Shown piece after piece: positions 19,369-29,077 of a stretch of 33,103 bases of DNA. Within the stretch, counting starts at the first letter, position 1. Every line of letters begins with the position of its first letter. A program made the translations under genes and the position numbers. Origin of the DNA: an uncultured Clostridia bacterium (GTDB taxonomy: Bacteria > Bacillota > Clostridia > TANB77 > CAG-508); assembly GCA_948505485.1 (NCBI GenBank), contig CAOPQH010000002.1, positions 1-33,103 of the forward strand. Direction: 5' to 3'. The notes under the pieces are model-generated. The model was not told the DNA's origin. It did no database searches and worked only from the letters and a program-made list of their open reading frames with translations.

Positions 19369-19893
19369 TTATACTAATTCTATTATAACTTTTTCTGCTC
19401 CGTCTCCTCTTCTTTGCCCAGCTTTTATAATTCTTGTGTATCCACCTACTCTATCTGCATATCTTGGAGCTAATTCGTTAAATAATTTTGATGGTAAATC
19501 TACATTGTTACCTTCACTATCTTTAACTTTGTTAATTTTTCTCATTATTTTTCTTCTAGCATTTAATCTAGAAGGCATATCTTTTTGTCTACTTTCTGTA
19601 GTTTCTTCTTTTACTACTTTTAAGTACTCTTTTCCATTTTTGCTTTTTACTAATTCAGTAACTTTATTACCTTTAGAATCTAGTTTAGCTTTAATAACTT
19701 TTACATCTACCATTTCATAATTGTCTTTTTCTTTTACTGCTAATGCTATTATGCTATCTACTATTGATTTTACTTCTTTAGCTCTGGCTTCTGTTGTTGT
19801 TATTTTTTCATGCCACACTAAATCTGTTGCAAGTGTTTTTAACATAGACAATCTTATATCAGTAGTTCTACCTAATTTTCTATTTGTAGCCAA
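19369..19893 (-). CDS. rplQ: 50S ribosomal protein L17 with an internal insertion of about 50 aa
   Basis: N-terminal [36 protein letters not shown] and C-terminal [25 protein letters not shown] are canonical L17. The protein is 174 aa versus about 115-125 aa usually. Confidence 0.9.
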   Translation of the reverse strand: MATNRKLGRTTDIRLSMLKTLATDLVWHEKITTTEARAKEVKSIVDSIIALAVKEKDNYEMVDVKVIKAKLDSKGNKVTELVKSKNGKEYLKVVKEETTESRQKDMPSRLNARRKIMRKINKVKDSEGNNVDLPSKLFNELAPRYADRVGGYTRIIKAGQRRGDGAEKVIIELV

Positions 19894-19951
19894 TTTATTT
19901 CACCTTCCTCATTTATTTGAATACTGGAAATATATATTATTCCAATTTATT

Positions 19952-20899
19952 TTAGTCTTCTTCCTTAGCAAAATCTAAGTTTAATGAATGTAATTTATTT
20001 GTTACTTCATCTAATGATTTTTTACCAAGATTTCTAACTTTCATCATATCTGTTTCAGATTTATTTGTTAAGTCTTCAACTGTAGCAATACCTGCTCTTT
20101 TTAAACAATTGAATGATCTTACAGATAATTCTAATTCTTCTATTGACATTTCTAAAACTTTTTCTTTTTTTGATTCTTCTTTTTCAATCATTATTTGAGT
20201 ATTTTTTGTTGCTTCTGATAAATCTATAAATAATTCTAGATGTCCTGTCATAACTTTTGCTGCTAAGCTTAATGCTTCATAAGCTTTTAAGCTACCGTCT
20301 GTCCAAACTTCTATTATTAATTTATCGTAATCTACCATTTGCCCAACTCTTGTATTTTCAACTTGATAATTAACTTTTTTTACTGGTGTATATATAGAAT
20401 CTATTGGAAGCATTGATATATCTTGGTCATCTTTTTTATTTTTATCAGATGAATTATATCCTCTTCCCATATCTGCAGTCATTTCTATAACTAAATGACC
20501 ACCTTCTGATACTGTTGCTATATGTAAATCAGGATTTAGTATTTCTACAGTTCCATCTGTTATGATATCTCCTGCAGTAACTTCTCCTTCTCCTTTAAAA
20601 TCAATTCTGATTGTTTTTTCTTCGTTTTGATCAAATTTTAATCTTACACCTTTTAAATTAATTATAAGTTCTGGTACATCTTCTACAACATTTGGTATTG
20701 TTGAAAATTCATGTAGTACGCCTTCGATCTTTACTCCTGTTATAGCACATCCTGGAAGTGATGAAAGTAAAATTCTTCTTAAAGAATTTCCTATTGTTAC
20801 ACCATAACCTCTTTCTAATGGTTCACAAACAAATTTTGCATAATTATTTGTTTCATCTACTTCTAGACATTCAATATTTGGCTTTTCAAATTCTATCAT
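19952..20899 (-). CDS. rpoA: DNA-directed RNA polymerase subunit alpha
   Basis: 315 aa. Contains [20 protein letters not shown] and the C-terminal-domain motif [15 protein letters not shown]. Confidence 0.97.
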   Translation of the reverse strand: MIEFEKPNIECLEVDETNNYAKFVCEPLERGYGVTIGNSLRRILLSSLPGCAITGVKIEGVLHEFSTIPNVVEDVPELIINLKGVRLKFDQNEEKTIRIDFKGEGEVTAGDIITDGTVEILNPDLHIATVSEGGHLVIEMTADMGRGYNSSDKNKKDDQDISMLPIDSIYTPVKKVNYQVENTRVGQMVDYDKLIIEVWTDGSLKAYEALSLAAKVMTGHLELFIDLSEATKNTQIMIEKEESKKEKVLEMSIEELELSVRSFNCLKRAGIATVEDLTNKSETDMMKVRNLGKKSLDEVTNKLHSLNLDFAKEED

Positions 20900-20957
20900 T
20901 TTTCCCTCCTAATATTATAACTAAATATATAAATCAGTTTATATAGAAAATAAACTA

Positions 20958-21584
20958 TTATTTTGAGTAAAGCTCTACTATTAAATGTTCTTCAATTGGT
21001 ATATCAACATCTTCTCTTGATGCTAATCTAACAACTTTACCACTCAAAGTTTCTTCATTTTTTTCTAACCATTCTGGAACTGGTCTAGCTGAGTTTTCTT
21101 CAATATTTGCTTTTATTGTTGGATTGTCTTTTTTTATTTCTCTAACAGCTATGATATCTCCTGCTTTTATTAAATATGAAGCTATATCAACTTTCTTACC
21201 GTTTACTTCAAAGTGTCCATGATTTACTAATTGTCTTGCTTGTGCTCTTGAAGATCCAAATCCTAATCTATATATAACATTGTCTAATCTACTTTCTAAT
21301 ATTTGTAACAAGTTTTCACCTGTAACTCCTTTTTTATTTGAAGCCATTTCGAAATATTTTCTAAATTGTTTTTCTCCAACTCCATAATATGATTTTGTTT
21401 TTTGTTTTTCTCTTAATTGTGTACCGTATTCAGATAGTTTTGCTCTTTTTTGTCCATGTTGTCCTGGTGCATAATTTCTTCTAGAAATACTACATTTATC
21501 TGAATAACATCTTGCACCTTTTAAGAACAATTTTTGACCTTCTCTACGACAGATACGGCATTGTTCATCTTTATATCTTGACAT
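20958..21584 (-). CDS. rpsD: 30S ribosomal protein S4
   Basis: 208 aa. N-terminal Cys cluster, S4 domain ([22 protein letters not shown]). Confidence 0.97.
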   Translation of the reverse strand: MSRYKDEQCRICRREGQKLFLKGARCYSDKCSISRRNYAPGQHGQKRAKLSEYGTQLREKQKTKSYYGVGEKQFRKYFEMASNKKGVTGENLLQILESRLDNVIYRLGFGSSRAQARQLVNHGHFEVNGKKVDIASYLIKAGDIIAVREIKKDNPTIKANIEENSARPVPEWLEKNEETLSGKVVRLASREDVDIPIEEHLIVELYSK

Positions 21585-21612
21585 TTTTGTTATTACTCCT
21601 TTCTTATATTTA

Positions 21613-21710
21613 CATGTTAGTGAAATAGATGTTAGTAAAGTAGATTATATATTTTAATTTTCTAACCTCTAACTTCTAACCTCTAATTTACAACTTCTAA
21701 TTTTCAGTCT
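21613..21710. repeat. Family A heptamer-array element, copy b (rpsK-rpsD spacer)
   Basis: The left arm contains atgttag and agatgttag units. The right arm is seven consecutive heptamers at 21661-21709: tctaacc tctaact tctaacc tctaatt tacaact tctaatt ttcagtc. Confidence 0.7.
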
Positions 21711-21724
21711 TTATTATATTTGTT

Positions 21725-22120
21725 TTATACTCTTCTTCTTTTTGGTGGTCTACAACCATTATGTGGTATTGGTGTTACATCCTTTATAGCACTTATTTCT
21801 AAACCTGCTGTTTGAAGTGCTCTGATTGCAGCTTCTCTACCAGACCCTGGTCCTTTAACAAATACTTCTACAGATTTTAATCCATGTTCCATAGCAGCTT
21901 TTGCTGCTGTTTCTGCAACTTGACCTGCTGCAAATGGTGTACTCTTTCTTGATCCTTTAAAACCTAATTCGCCAGCACTTCCCCATGATATTGCATTTCC
22001 TTGTGTATCTGTAATTGTAACTATTGTATTATTGAAACTAGAATGAATATGTGCAGCACCTTTTTCAATGTTTTTTCTATTTCTTCTAGCAACTGTTTTT
22101 CTTGTTACATTTTTAGCCAT
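21725..22120 (-). CDS. rpsK: 30S ribosomal protein S11
   Basis: Canonical S11 sequence. I place the start at the ATG at 22120 (MAKNVTRK), because the upstream MEENKT codons are themselves the GGAGGAG RBS. Confidence 0.95.
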   Translation of the reverse strand: MAKNVTRKTVARRNRKNIEKGAAHIHSSFNNTIVTITDTQGNAISWGSAGELGFKGSRKSTPFAAGQVAETAAKAAMEHGLKSVEVFVKGPGSGREAAIRALQTAGLEISAIKDVTPIPHNGCRPPKRRRV

Positions 22121-22173
22121 TGTTTTATTCTCCTCCATTCAATTAAGATATGAGATTAAATTCTCTATATTTA

Positions 22174-22542
22174 TTATTTGCTCTTTCTACTTACTAATTT
22201 TCTTGGTCCTTTTCTTGTACGAGCATTAGTTTTTGTTCTTTGTCCTCTAACTGGAAGACCTCTTCTATGTCTTAATCCTCTGTAGCAACCAATTTCTGTA
22301 AGCCTTTTAATATTAAGAGCTACTTCTCTTCTTAAGTCACCTTCAACTTTATAAGATGAGTCAATAACTTTTCTTATGCTATTAACTTCTTCTTCAGTTA
22401 AATCTTTAATTCTTGTATCTGGATTTACTCCAGCTTTTTCTAATATTTTTCTAGAACTTGATACTCCTATACCATAAATATATGTAAGTCCTATTTCTAC
22501 TCTTTTTTCTTTAGGCAAATCTACTCCTGCTATACGAGCCAT
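22174..22542 (-). CDS. rpsM: 30S ribosomal protein S13
   Basis: [26 protein letters not shown] is canonical. The start is the ATG at 22542; the tracked TTG start at 22560 overlaps the GGAGGTG RBS. Confidence 0.95.
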   Translation of the reverse strand: MARIAGVDLPKEKRVEIGLTYIYGIGVSSSRKILEKAGVNPDTRIKDLTEEEVNSIRKVIDSSYKVEGDLRREVALNIKRLTEIGCYRGLRHRRGLPVRGQRTKTNARTRKGPRKLVSRKSK

Positions 22543-22596
22543 ATTTTTTTGCACCTCCAAAACTTGATTTTATTATTATTTGTTTTGTCCTATTTT

Positions 22597-22708
22597 CTTA
22601 AAGGTGAAATGCACTAATTAAAAATTAGTCTTTAAGGTTTAGAACATATATATAAACACAAATTTGATATCGAAACTTTCGTTTCACAGCCGCTACCTAA
22701 TTTGTGTT
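22597..22708. repeat. Two stem-loops in the rpmJ-rpsM spacer
   Basis: H1 (22597-22636): cttaaag/ctttaag plus actaatt/aattagt. H2 (22655-22708): perfect 10-bp aacacaaatt/aatttgtgtt enclosing gatatcgaaactttcgtttc. The atcgaaa motif is shared with family B. Confidence 0.5.
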
Positions 22709-22719
22709 ATTAACTAAAA

Positions 22720-22833
22720 TTATCCTTGTCTTTGTTTGTGTTTAGGGTTTTCACAAATAACTCTAATCACACCTTTTCTTTTAATTATTTTACATTTATC
22801 GCATATTTTCTTTACTGATGGTCTTACTTTCAT
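22720..22833 (-). CDS. rpmJ: 50S ribosomal protein L36
   Basis: Too short for the ORF track. Hand translation gives [37 protein letters not shown], with RBS AGGAGGTG. Confidence 0.95.
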   Translation of the reverse strand: MKVRPSVKKICDKCKIIKRKGVIRVICENPKHKQRQG

Positions 22834-22904
22834 TTTTGCACCTCCTAAAATATTTATATTTATTTGGGTTAATTTTTACATTAATTTATTATATAAAGCA
22901 AATC

Positions 22905-22997
22905 AAAAGTAGTAAGATATTAATTTTTATTAATTAAGACGAAATCGTACTATGGTATATCGAGTTAAATTAATAAAATTGATATATTGCTGCTTTT
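22905..22997. repeat. Family B nested long palindrome, copy E1 (infA-rpmJ spacer)
   Basis: Outer stem aaaagtagtaag/tattgctgctttt, second stem atattaatttttattaattaa/ttaaattaataaaattgatat, apex gacgaaatcgtactatggtatatcgag. Confidence 0.7.
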
Positions 22998-23004
22998 CAT
23001 TTTT

Positions 23005-23223
23005 TTACTTTGCTCTCCAAGTTATACGTCCTCGTGTCAAATCATAAGGTGAAAGCTCTACTTTTACTTTATCCCCTGGTAAGATTTTTATATAATTCAT
23101 TCTAAGTTTCCCTGAAATATGAGCTAATATTTGATGTCCATTTTCAAGTTCAACTTTAAAATTTGTGTTTGGTAATGCTTCTACTACTGTTCCTTCTACT
23201 TCTATAACATCTTCTTTAGCCAA
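23005..23223 (-). CDS. infA: Translation initiation factor IF-1
   Basis: 72 aa, canonical S1-like IF-1 sequence ([25 protein letters not shown]). Confidence 0.97.
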   Translation of the reverse strand: MAKEDVIEVEGTVVEALPNTNFKVELENGHQILAHISGKLRMNYIKILPGDKVKVELSPYDLTRGRITWRAK

Positions 23224-23295
23224 GATATCGCCTCCCTTATAGATTTTTACATAATTGGCATTTTATACCAATAGCTTATATAGTATATAACAATT

Positions 23296-24066
23296 TTAAA
23301 GTATTGTCAATATTTTTGGCTCTTTTTCTGTAATTAAAATTGTATTTTCATAATGTGCTGCTAAGCTTCCATCTTCTGTTATAATTGTCCATCCATCATC
23401 TAATTGTAAAATATTAGGTTTTCCTTGTATTACCATGGGTTCTATGGCTAAAGTCATACCTGGTTCTAATCTTAATCCTTTCCCTGCTTTTCCGTAATTT
23501 GGAATACCTGGATCTTCATGCATTTCTCTACCTATTCCATGTCCCTGAAACTCTCTTACTACTGAATATCCTTGTGACTCAACATATTTTCCTATAGCAT
23601 GTGATATATCTCCAACCCTGTATCCTTTTTTGGCAAATTTTATTCCTTCGAAAAAAGCCTGTTTTGTAACTTCTACTAATCTTTGTGCTTTATTAGAAAC
23701 TTTTCCTACTATAAATGTTCTTGCTGCATCTCCGTTAAATCCATTTTTCATTGCTACAGTATCAACACTTACAATGTCTCCTTCTTTTATTATTCTATTT
23801 TTAGATGGAATTCCATGTATTACTTCATCATTTATTGATATACATGTTGATGCTGGAAAATCAGGTATACCGTTTATCCCTGATGGATAACCTTTTTCAG
23901 CAGGAATTGCTCCATTATCTATCATTACTTTTTCAGCAATTTTATCTAATTCTGATGTTGTCATTCCAGGCTTTATTTTTTCTTCTAACTCTTTGTATGT
24001 TAATGCTACAATTTTACATGCTTCTTCCATGTATTGTATTTCTTTACTTGACTTTATAGTTACCAT
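23296..24066 (-). CDS. map: Type I methionine aminopeptidase
   Basis: 256 aa with metal-ligand motifs (VSVDT, NGFNGD, GHGIG, EP, E). In the operon position after adk. Confidence 0.95.
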   Translation of the reverse strand: MVTIKSSKEIQYMEEACKIVALTYKELEEKIKPGMTTSELDKIAEKVMIDNGAIPAEKGYPSGINGIPDFPASTCISINDEVIHGIPSKNRIIKEGDIVSVDTVAMKNGFNGDAARTFIVGKVSNKAQRLVEVTKQAFFEGIKFAKKGYRVGDISHAIGKYVESQGYSVVREFQGHGIGREMHEDPGIPNYGKAGKGLRLEPGMTLAIEPMVIQGKPNILQLDDGWTIITEDGSLAAHYENTILITEKEPKILTIL

Positions 24067-24067
24067 T

Positions 24068-24733
24068 TTATTCTCCCTTTAAGAATTTTATTAAATCGCT
24101 TGCTACATCATTTCCTAATCTATTTACTTTTTTACTCACTTCTTCAGATCTTAATAGTCCTTTTTCTTTATAATATTCTACAAGTGGACTTGTTTGTTTA
24201 AAATATGTATCTAATCTATTTTTTATTGTTTCACTGTTATCATCTTTTCTTTTTATTAATTCACTTCCACATTTATCACAAACACCCTCTGTTTCTGGTG
24301 GATTTAATTCAAGGTTATATACAGTTTTGCAATCTTGATTTGAACAAATTCTTCTGTTTATAACTCTTTCTATAATTTCACTTTCTGGTGTTGTTAAATT
24401 TAATACTATTTTTACTTCTTTGCCTTTTTCTTTTAATATTTCATCTAATTTTTTTGCTTGATTAACTGTTCTTGGGAATCCATCAAGTATCATTCCCTTT
24501 TGTACATCTGGCTCTTCAATTCTGTTTTTTATTATTCCTATTGTAATTTCGTCAGGTACAAGTTCTCCCTTAGACATATATTCCTCTGCCGATTTTCCTA
24601 ACTCTGTTTTATTTTTAATGTTTTCTCTAAAAATGTCTCCTGTTGATATTTGTGGTATTCCTAATTTTTCTGATAAAGTTGATGCAACTGTTCCTTTTCC
24701 AGTTCCAGGTGCCCCTAGCATAATAATAATCAT
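24068..24733 (-). CDS. adk: Adenylate kinase (zinc-lid type)
   Basis: P-loop GAPGTGKGT and a lid with C..C...C..C (CSNQDC, CDKCG). Confidence 0.95.
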   Translation of the reverse strand: MIIIMLGAPGTGKGTVASTLSEKLGIPQISTGDIFRENIKNKTELGKSAEEYMSKGELVPDEITIGIIKNRIEEPDVQKGMILDGFPRTVNQAKKLDEILKEKGKEVKIVLNLTTPESEIIERVINRRICSNQDCKTVYNLELNPPETEGVCDKCGSELIKRKDDNSETIKNRLDTYFKQTSPLVEYYKEKGLLRSEEVSKKVNRLGNDVASDLIKFLKGE

Positions 24734-24798
24734 TATAACTTCTCTCCTTTTATAATTTAGATTATTAATTTAATAATCTTTATAATATCTACTAATAT

Positions 24799-24869
24799 TG
24801 ATGTCAGAAGTCTGAAGTCAGAGGTCGGAATATCTATTTAACTTACCTCTACTTCACTGACTTCTAATT
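24799..24869. repeat. Family A heptamer-array element, copy c (secY-adk spacer)
   Basis: Left arm tgatgtcag aagtctg aagtcag aggtcgga, right arm cttacct ctacttc actgact tctaatt. It shares the exact 14-mer agtcagaggtcgga with copy a and the exact 17-mer ttcactgacttctaatt with copy d. Confidence 0.75.
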
Positions 24870-24942
24870 AATAAACATTATAAAAATCATTATAGGGTGA
24901 TATGCTAAATACATATCTCCCCATAATAATATTGGTTTTGTT

Positions 24943-26259
24943 CTACTCTAAAAATCCTTTATAATGTCTCATTACTAATTGAGATTCTAATTGTTGTACT
25001 GTTTCTAATGCAACACCTACTACAATCAATATAGATGTACCACCAAATGCAATATTTAGACTTGTAAATCTTAATAACATTGGTAATATAGCTATAATAG
25101 CTAAGAAAAATCCACCAAACCATGTCAATTTACTTATTATAGAAGATAAGTATTCTGTTGTTGGTTTTCCTGCCCTTATACCTGGTATAAATCCACCATT
25201 CTTTTTTATATTGCTTGATACTTCTGCTGGATTAAATGTAGCATATGTGTAGAAGAATGTGAATCCCATTATTAATAACAAATAAACAAGTGCATTAGCA
25301 ATAGAATACCCAAGTCCTACACTTGAAGATGATGTAGCAATTGAAAATTTATATAATCCTGCTAAAAATCCTGTCTTAGTTGCTATGTCCTTTACAAATA
25401 TTTGTATTATCATAGCTGGAAATGTCATAAATGATGATGCAAATATTATTGGCATAACTCCTGCCATTGCTAATTTTAATGGTATATGTGTTGATTGTGC
25501 TCCTACCATTTTTCTTCCAACTACTTTTTTAGAATATTGTACTGGAACTCTTCTTTCCGCTTGTTGCACAAATACAACTCCGGAAACTAATATAAGCGCT
25601 CCTATTATTATTCCAATTGATAATAATAAACCTGTTGTACTAAATCCATCTGTTGGCATTATTAATCCCCATAATGTTGTAACAACAGAAGGCAATCCAG
25701 AAACTATACCTATAAATATTATCATAGATATTCCATTGCCAATACCTTTGTTTGTGATTTGCTCTCCTAACCACATAAGCAATGCTGTTCCAGCAATTAA
25801 TCCTATTACGACTAGTGCACCTGTCAAAAGCCCTGGTTTTATAAATATTCCTGAAGATTTATAAGATAAATAAATTCCTATACCTTCAACTAATGATAAT
25901 ACTATAGTTAAAATTTTTGTATATGCATTTATTTTTTGTCTTCCTACTTCTCCACCTTCTTTTGTTAACTTTTCTAAAGATGGAATTACCATTCCTAATA
26001 ATTGTATAACAATTGATGCAGTGATATATGGAGTAATAGACATTGCAAATATAGAAAATCTTGAGAAAGCACCTCCTGAAATCATGTCTATTAATCCTGT
26101 TATCCCTTCACTTGACATTGCATTGTTTAAAGCTACAATATCAACTCCTGGAACTGTTACATAGCATCCAAATCTAAACACTACTATTAATAATAATGTA
26201 TATAATAATCTTTTTCTTACATCTGGTGTTTTTAATGCATTTTTTATAGTTTTTAACAA
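24943..26259 (-). CDS. secY: Preprotein translocase subunit SecY
   Basis: 438 aa polytopic membrane protein. Has the canonical SecY N-terminus and the operon position after rplO. Confidence 0.97.
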   Translation of the reverse strand: MLKTIKNALKTPDVRKRLLYTLLLIVVFRFGCYVTVPGVDIVALNNAMSSEGITGLIDMISGGAFSRFSIFAMSITPYITASIVIQLLGMVIPSLEKLTKEGGEVGRQKINAYTKILTIVLSLVEGIGIYLSYKSSGIFIKPGLLTGALVVIGLIAGTALLMWLGEQITNKGIGNGISMIIFIGIVSGLPSVVTTLWGLIMPTDGFSTTGLLLSIGIIIGALILVSGVVFVQQAERRVPVQYSKKVVGRKMVGAQSTHIPLKLAMAGVMPIIFASSFMTFPAMIIQIFVKDIATKTGFLAGLYKFSIATSSSSVGLGYSIANALVYLLLIMGFTFFYTYATFNPAEVSSNIKKNGGFIPGIRAGKPTTEYLSSIISKLTWFGGFFLAIIAILPMLLRFTSLNIAFGGTSILIVVGVALETVQQLESQLVMRHYKGFLE

Positions 26260-26694
26260 TTAAATCACCTCAGCCTTTCCGCCAACGGCTTCTATTTTTT
26301 CTTTTGCTTGAGCTGTAAATCTATTGGCTTTTACATTTATTTTTTTATCTAATTTTCCTGTTGCTAGTACTACTATTCCATCATTTACTTTTCCAATTAT
26401 ACCTTCTGCTAATAATGTTTCTGCTGTAACATCTGTTGCTTTGCTTTTATTTAGCATTGTTAATGTTACCTCTGTATAATTTTTAGCATGAATATTAGTA
26501 AATCCTCTTTTTGGTAATCTTCTATATAAAGGAGTTTGACCACCTTCAAAGCCTCTTCTAACTCCTCCACCTGATCTAGCTTTTTGTCCCTTTTGACCTC
26601 TACCTGAAGTTTTTCCAAGACCAGATCCAATTCCACGTCCTACTCTTGTTCTTTTAACTCTTTTTTCAGCTGGTTTTAATTCATCTATTTTCAT
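26260..26694 (-). CDS. rplO: 50S ribosomal protein L15
   Basis: 144 aa with the G-rich N-terminal region ([25 protein letters not shown]). Confidence 0.97.
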   Translation of the reverse strand: MKIDELKPAEKRVKRTRVGRGIGSGLGKTSGRGQKGQKARSGGGVRRGFEGGQTPLYRRLPKRGFTNIHAKNYTEVTLTMLNKSKATDVTAETLLAEGIIGKVNDGIVVLATGKLDKKINVKANRFTAQAKEKIEAVGGKAEVI

Positions 26695-26734
26695 TATATT
26701 TATTGCACCTCCTTAAAATTTAATTTTTAAATTT

Positions 26735-26839
26735 TAGATGTCTAATGCTAGATGTCTGACGTCAGATGTCAGATATTCGAAATTAAAATCTCTAATTCAC
26801 TGACTTCTAATTCACTGACTTCTAATTCACTGACTTCTA
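26735..26839. repeat. Family A element, copy d, with three perfect 15-nt tandem repeats (rpsE-rplO spacer, where rpmD normally lies)
   Basis: Left arm tagatgtctaatgc tagatgtctgacg tcagatgtcagat. The right arm is tctaattcactgact three times (26791-26805, 26806-26820, 26821-26835), abutting the rpsE stop codon. Confidence 0.8.
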
Positions 26840-27331
26840 TTATAATATTTCTTCTACTTTTTTACCTCTTTTTTGAGCTACTTTTTCAATTGTTTGCATT
26901 GATTTTAGTCCTTCTATTGTAGCATACACAACATTTCTAGGATTGTTTGTTCCTATAACCTTTGTTCTTATATCTTTGTATCCTGCAAGTTCTAACACTG
27001 GTCTAACACTTCCACCAGCTATAACTCCTGTACCTACAGCTGCTGGTTTTAGCATAACTTTAGCGCTACCAAATTTTCCTACAAATTCATGTGGTACAGT
27101 TGTTTCAACGATTGGTACTTCTACTAAATTCTTTTTAGCTTCTTGTATAGCTTTTTTTATTGCATCTGGAACTTCAGCTGCTTTTCCATTACCTACACCA
27201 ACATGACCATTCTCATCTCCGACAACAACAACAGCACTAAATCTAAAGTTTCTACCACCTTTAACAACTTTTGCAACTCTATTGATAGCAACTACTTTTT
27301 CTTTTAACTCTACTGTATTATTTTCTTCCAT
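26840..27331 (-). CDS. rpsE: 30S ribosomal protein S5
   Basis: 163 aa. Contains [24 protein letters not shown], which is canonical S5. Confidence 0.97.
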   Translation of the reverse strand: MEENNTVELKEKVVAINRVAKVVKGGRNFRFSAVVVVGDENGHVGVGNGKAAEVPDAIKKAIQEAKKNLVEVPIVETTVPHEFVGKFGSAKVMLKPAAVGTGVIAGGSVRPVLELAGYKDIRTKVIGTNNPRNVVYATIEGLKSMQTIEKVAQKRGKKVEEIL

Positions 27332-27430
27332 TGATTATTGTTCTCCCTTCTTTCATAATTTCCTTTTTTATATTTTTTGTATTTAATATCTGTAACATTG
27401 AATTCTTTTAGGAAATCTTGTTATCATATA

Positions 27431-27790
27431 TTAAAATTTTAATCCACCTTCTCTAGCAGCTTCAGCTAATTCTTTAACTACTCCGTGATATATATATCCA
27501 CTACGATCAAAAACAACTGTCTCTATTTTCTTTGCTTTTGCTTTTTTTGCAATTAAAGATCCAACTTCTTTAGCCGCTTCTTTATTGGCATGTTTTGACT
27601 TTACATCTTTGTTAAGTGTAGATACGCTAACTAATGTGTTTCCTTCTACATCATCTATGATTTGTGCATATAAATTTGTATTGCTTTTATATATACATAA
27701 TCTTGGTCTTTCTGCTGTACCAGATACTTTTCTTCTTACTCTTAAATGTCTTCTTGCTCTTTCAAATTTTCTATCTGTTTTTTTAATCAT
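27431..27790 (-). CDS. rplR: 50S ribosomal protein L18
   Basis: 119 aa. Contains [18 protein letters not shown] and a C-terminal GGLKF. Confidence 0.97.
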   Translation of the reverse strand: MIKKTDRKFERARRHLRVRRKVSGTAERPRLCIYKSNTNLYAQIIDDVEGNTLVSVSTLNKDVKSKHANKEAAKEVGSLIAKKAKAKKIETVVFDRSGYIYHGVVKELAEAAREGGLKF

Positions 27791-27835
27791 TTATATTACT
27801 CCTTTCATAAAATTTAATATTTATGATTTCTAAAA

Positions 27836-27956
27836 TTTTGATGAAATTGATTGGATTGTGCATTTTTGTTAGTTATTGCAATCAGAAGGCGTACATTGGT
27901 ACGTCGATGTTTGCAATAGATAACGAAAATATGCAAGATAATTGATTTCATCGAAA
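27836..27956. repeat. Family B nested long palindrome, copy E2 (rplF-rplR spacer)
   Basis: 17-bp outer stem ttttgatgaaattgatt/aattgatttcatcgaaa (3 G:T pairs). Second stem tgtgcatttttgtta/taacgaaaatatgca. Third stem ttattgcaa/ttgcaata. Apical 7-bp stem ggcgtac-attg-gtacgtc. Confidence 0.75.
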
Positions 27957-27961
27957 TTTAA

Positions 27962-28498
27962 TTATTTTCCAGTTTTACCCTCTTTACGCCTAATAACCTC
28001 ATCAGCATATTTAATTCCTTTTCCTCTATATACTTCTGGTGGTCTTTTTGATCTAACAACTGCTGCTGTTTGACCAACTAATTCTTTATCAATACCTTTT
28101 ACAATAATAGTATTTGGATTTGGTACATCAAATGTAATTCCTTCTGGTGCGTCAAATATAACTGGATGAGAATAACCTAATGTAAGGTTTAGTCCATTTC
28201 CTTGTTTTTGAACTCTATATCCAACACCATTTATTTGTAATTCTTTGCTAAATTGTTCTGTTACACCTATTATCATATTATTAATTAAAGTTCTTGTTAA
28301 ACCATGCAAACTTCTTGATGCTGGTTCATCATCTTTTCTTATAACTTTAATAATATTTTCATTTATTTCTATAGAAATATCTTTATGTATTTCTCTTTCT
28401 AATGTACCTTTTGGTCCTTTTACTGTAATTATATTATTATTCATTTTAACTTCAACTTCACTTGGTACTGTAATAGGTTTGTTTCCTATTCTTGACAT
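27962..28498 (-). CDS. rplF: 50S ribosomal protein L6
   Basis: 178 aa, [17 protein letters not shown], canonical L6. Confidence 0.97.
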   Translation of the reverse strand: MSRIGNKPITVPSEVEVKMNNNIITVKGPKGTLEREIHKDISIEINENIIKVIRKDDEPASRSLHGLTRTLINNMIIGVTEQFSKELQINGVGYRVQKQGNGLNLTLGYSHPVIFDAPEGITFDVPNPNTIIVKGIDKELVGQTAAVVRSKRPPEVYRGKGIKYADEVIRRKEGKTGK

Positions 28499-28525
28499 TT
28501 CCTATATCCTCCTTTTCATCAAATT

Positions 28526-28924
28526 TTACCATATATAAGCTAAAACTTCTCCACCTACACCTAATTGTCTTGCTTCTTTATCAGTTTTTAATCCTTTTGA
28601 TGTAGAAATTATAGCTATTCCTAAACCATTTAATACTTTTGGTAATTCTTCTTTATTAGCATATACCCTTAATCCTGGTTTGCTTATTCTTTTTAATCCA
28701 TCAATAACTCTATTACCTTTTTCATCATATTTTAAAGTAACTCTAATAATTCCCTGACTCTCATCTTTTATTTCTTCAAAAGATTTTATATATCCTTCTT
28801 TGAATAAAATTTCAGCTATGGCTGATTTCATATTTGATGCAGGAATATCAACAACTTTATGTTTTGAGCTATTTGCATTTCTTATTCTTGTTAGCATATC
28901 TGCTATTGGATCTGTAGTATTCAA
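28526..28924 (-). CDS. rpsH: 30S ribosomal protein S8
   Basis: 132 aa, [14 protein letters not shown], canonical S8. Confidence 0.97.
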   Translation of the reverse strand: MNTTDPIADMLTRIRNANSSKHKVVDIPASNMKSAIAEILFKEGYIKSFEEIKDESQGIIRVTLKYDEKGNRVIDGLKRISKPGLRVYANKEELPKVLNGLGIAIISTSKGLKTDKEARQLGVGGEVLAYIW

Positions 28925-28947
28925 CTCTATTTCCTCCTTTTCTTTTC

Positions 28948-29072
28948 CGGAAGTCAGATGTCAGACAAACACTCTTACTTTAATCTTCTTCCTATAATAT
29001 TTTTAAATTAATTATTTTATAATATTTCATCAGAACATATTTTTTTGAATTCTATTTCACTTACATCTAATT
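28948..29072. repeat. Family A element, copy e (rpsN-rpsH spacer), with arms separated by an AT-rich insert
   Basis: Left arm ccggaagtcagatgtcagac (28948-28967). The right arm ttctatttcacttacatctaatt (about 29050-29072) resembles the copy a right arm ttctatttcaccgacttctactt. Confidence 0.5.
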
Positions 29073-29077
29073 TTTAA

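Noticed and set aside
22905-22997. E1 (and E3 at 29148-29251) considered as ordinary rho-independent terminators, because both are flanked by A- and T-runs
   Set aside because: This is not fully excluded. They lie between co-transcribed essential genes, have interrupted stems of about 40-45 bp, and share a conserved apex with E2, which lacks such flanks. I therefore report them as a repeat family rather than as plain terminators.
25385-25864. 159-aa plus-strand ORF, plus similar plus-strand ORFs at 3687, 4910, 16447, 18256, 19331, 28245, 29889, 31595 and 32317
   Set aside because: All lie antisense within well-supported minus-strand genes (secY, helicases, r-proteins). They lack RBSs and have shadow-ORF composition.
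26791-26835. The perfect 15-nt x3 repeat (and the 14-nt repeats at 31385-31426) considered as CRISPR, or as coding repeats of a C-terminal extension
   Set aside because: There are no spacers. In the gene sense the repeats begin right after a TAA stop and contain further in-frame stops (TAG). They belong to the family A spacer elements.
26695-26839. Searched the rpsE-rplO spacer for an rpmD gene or remnant
   Set aside because: There is no open frame on the minus strand and stops occur in all frames. The sequence is fully accounted for by repeat arms.
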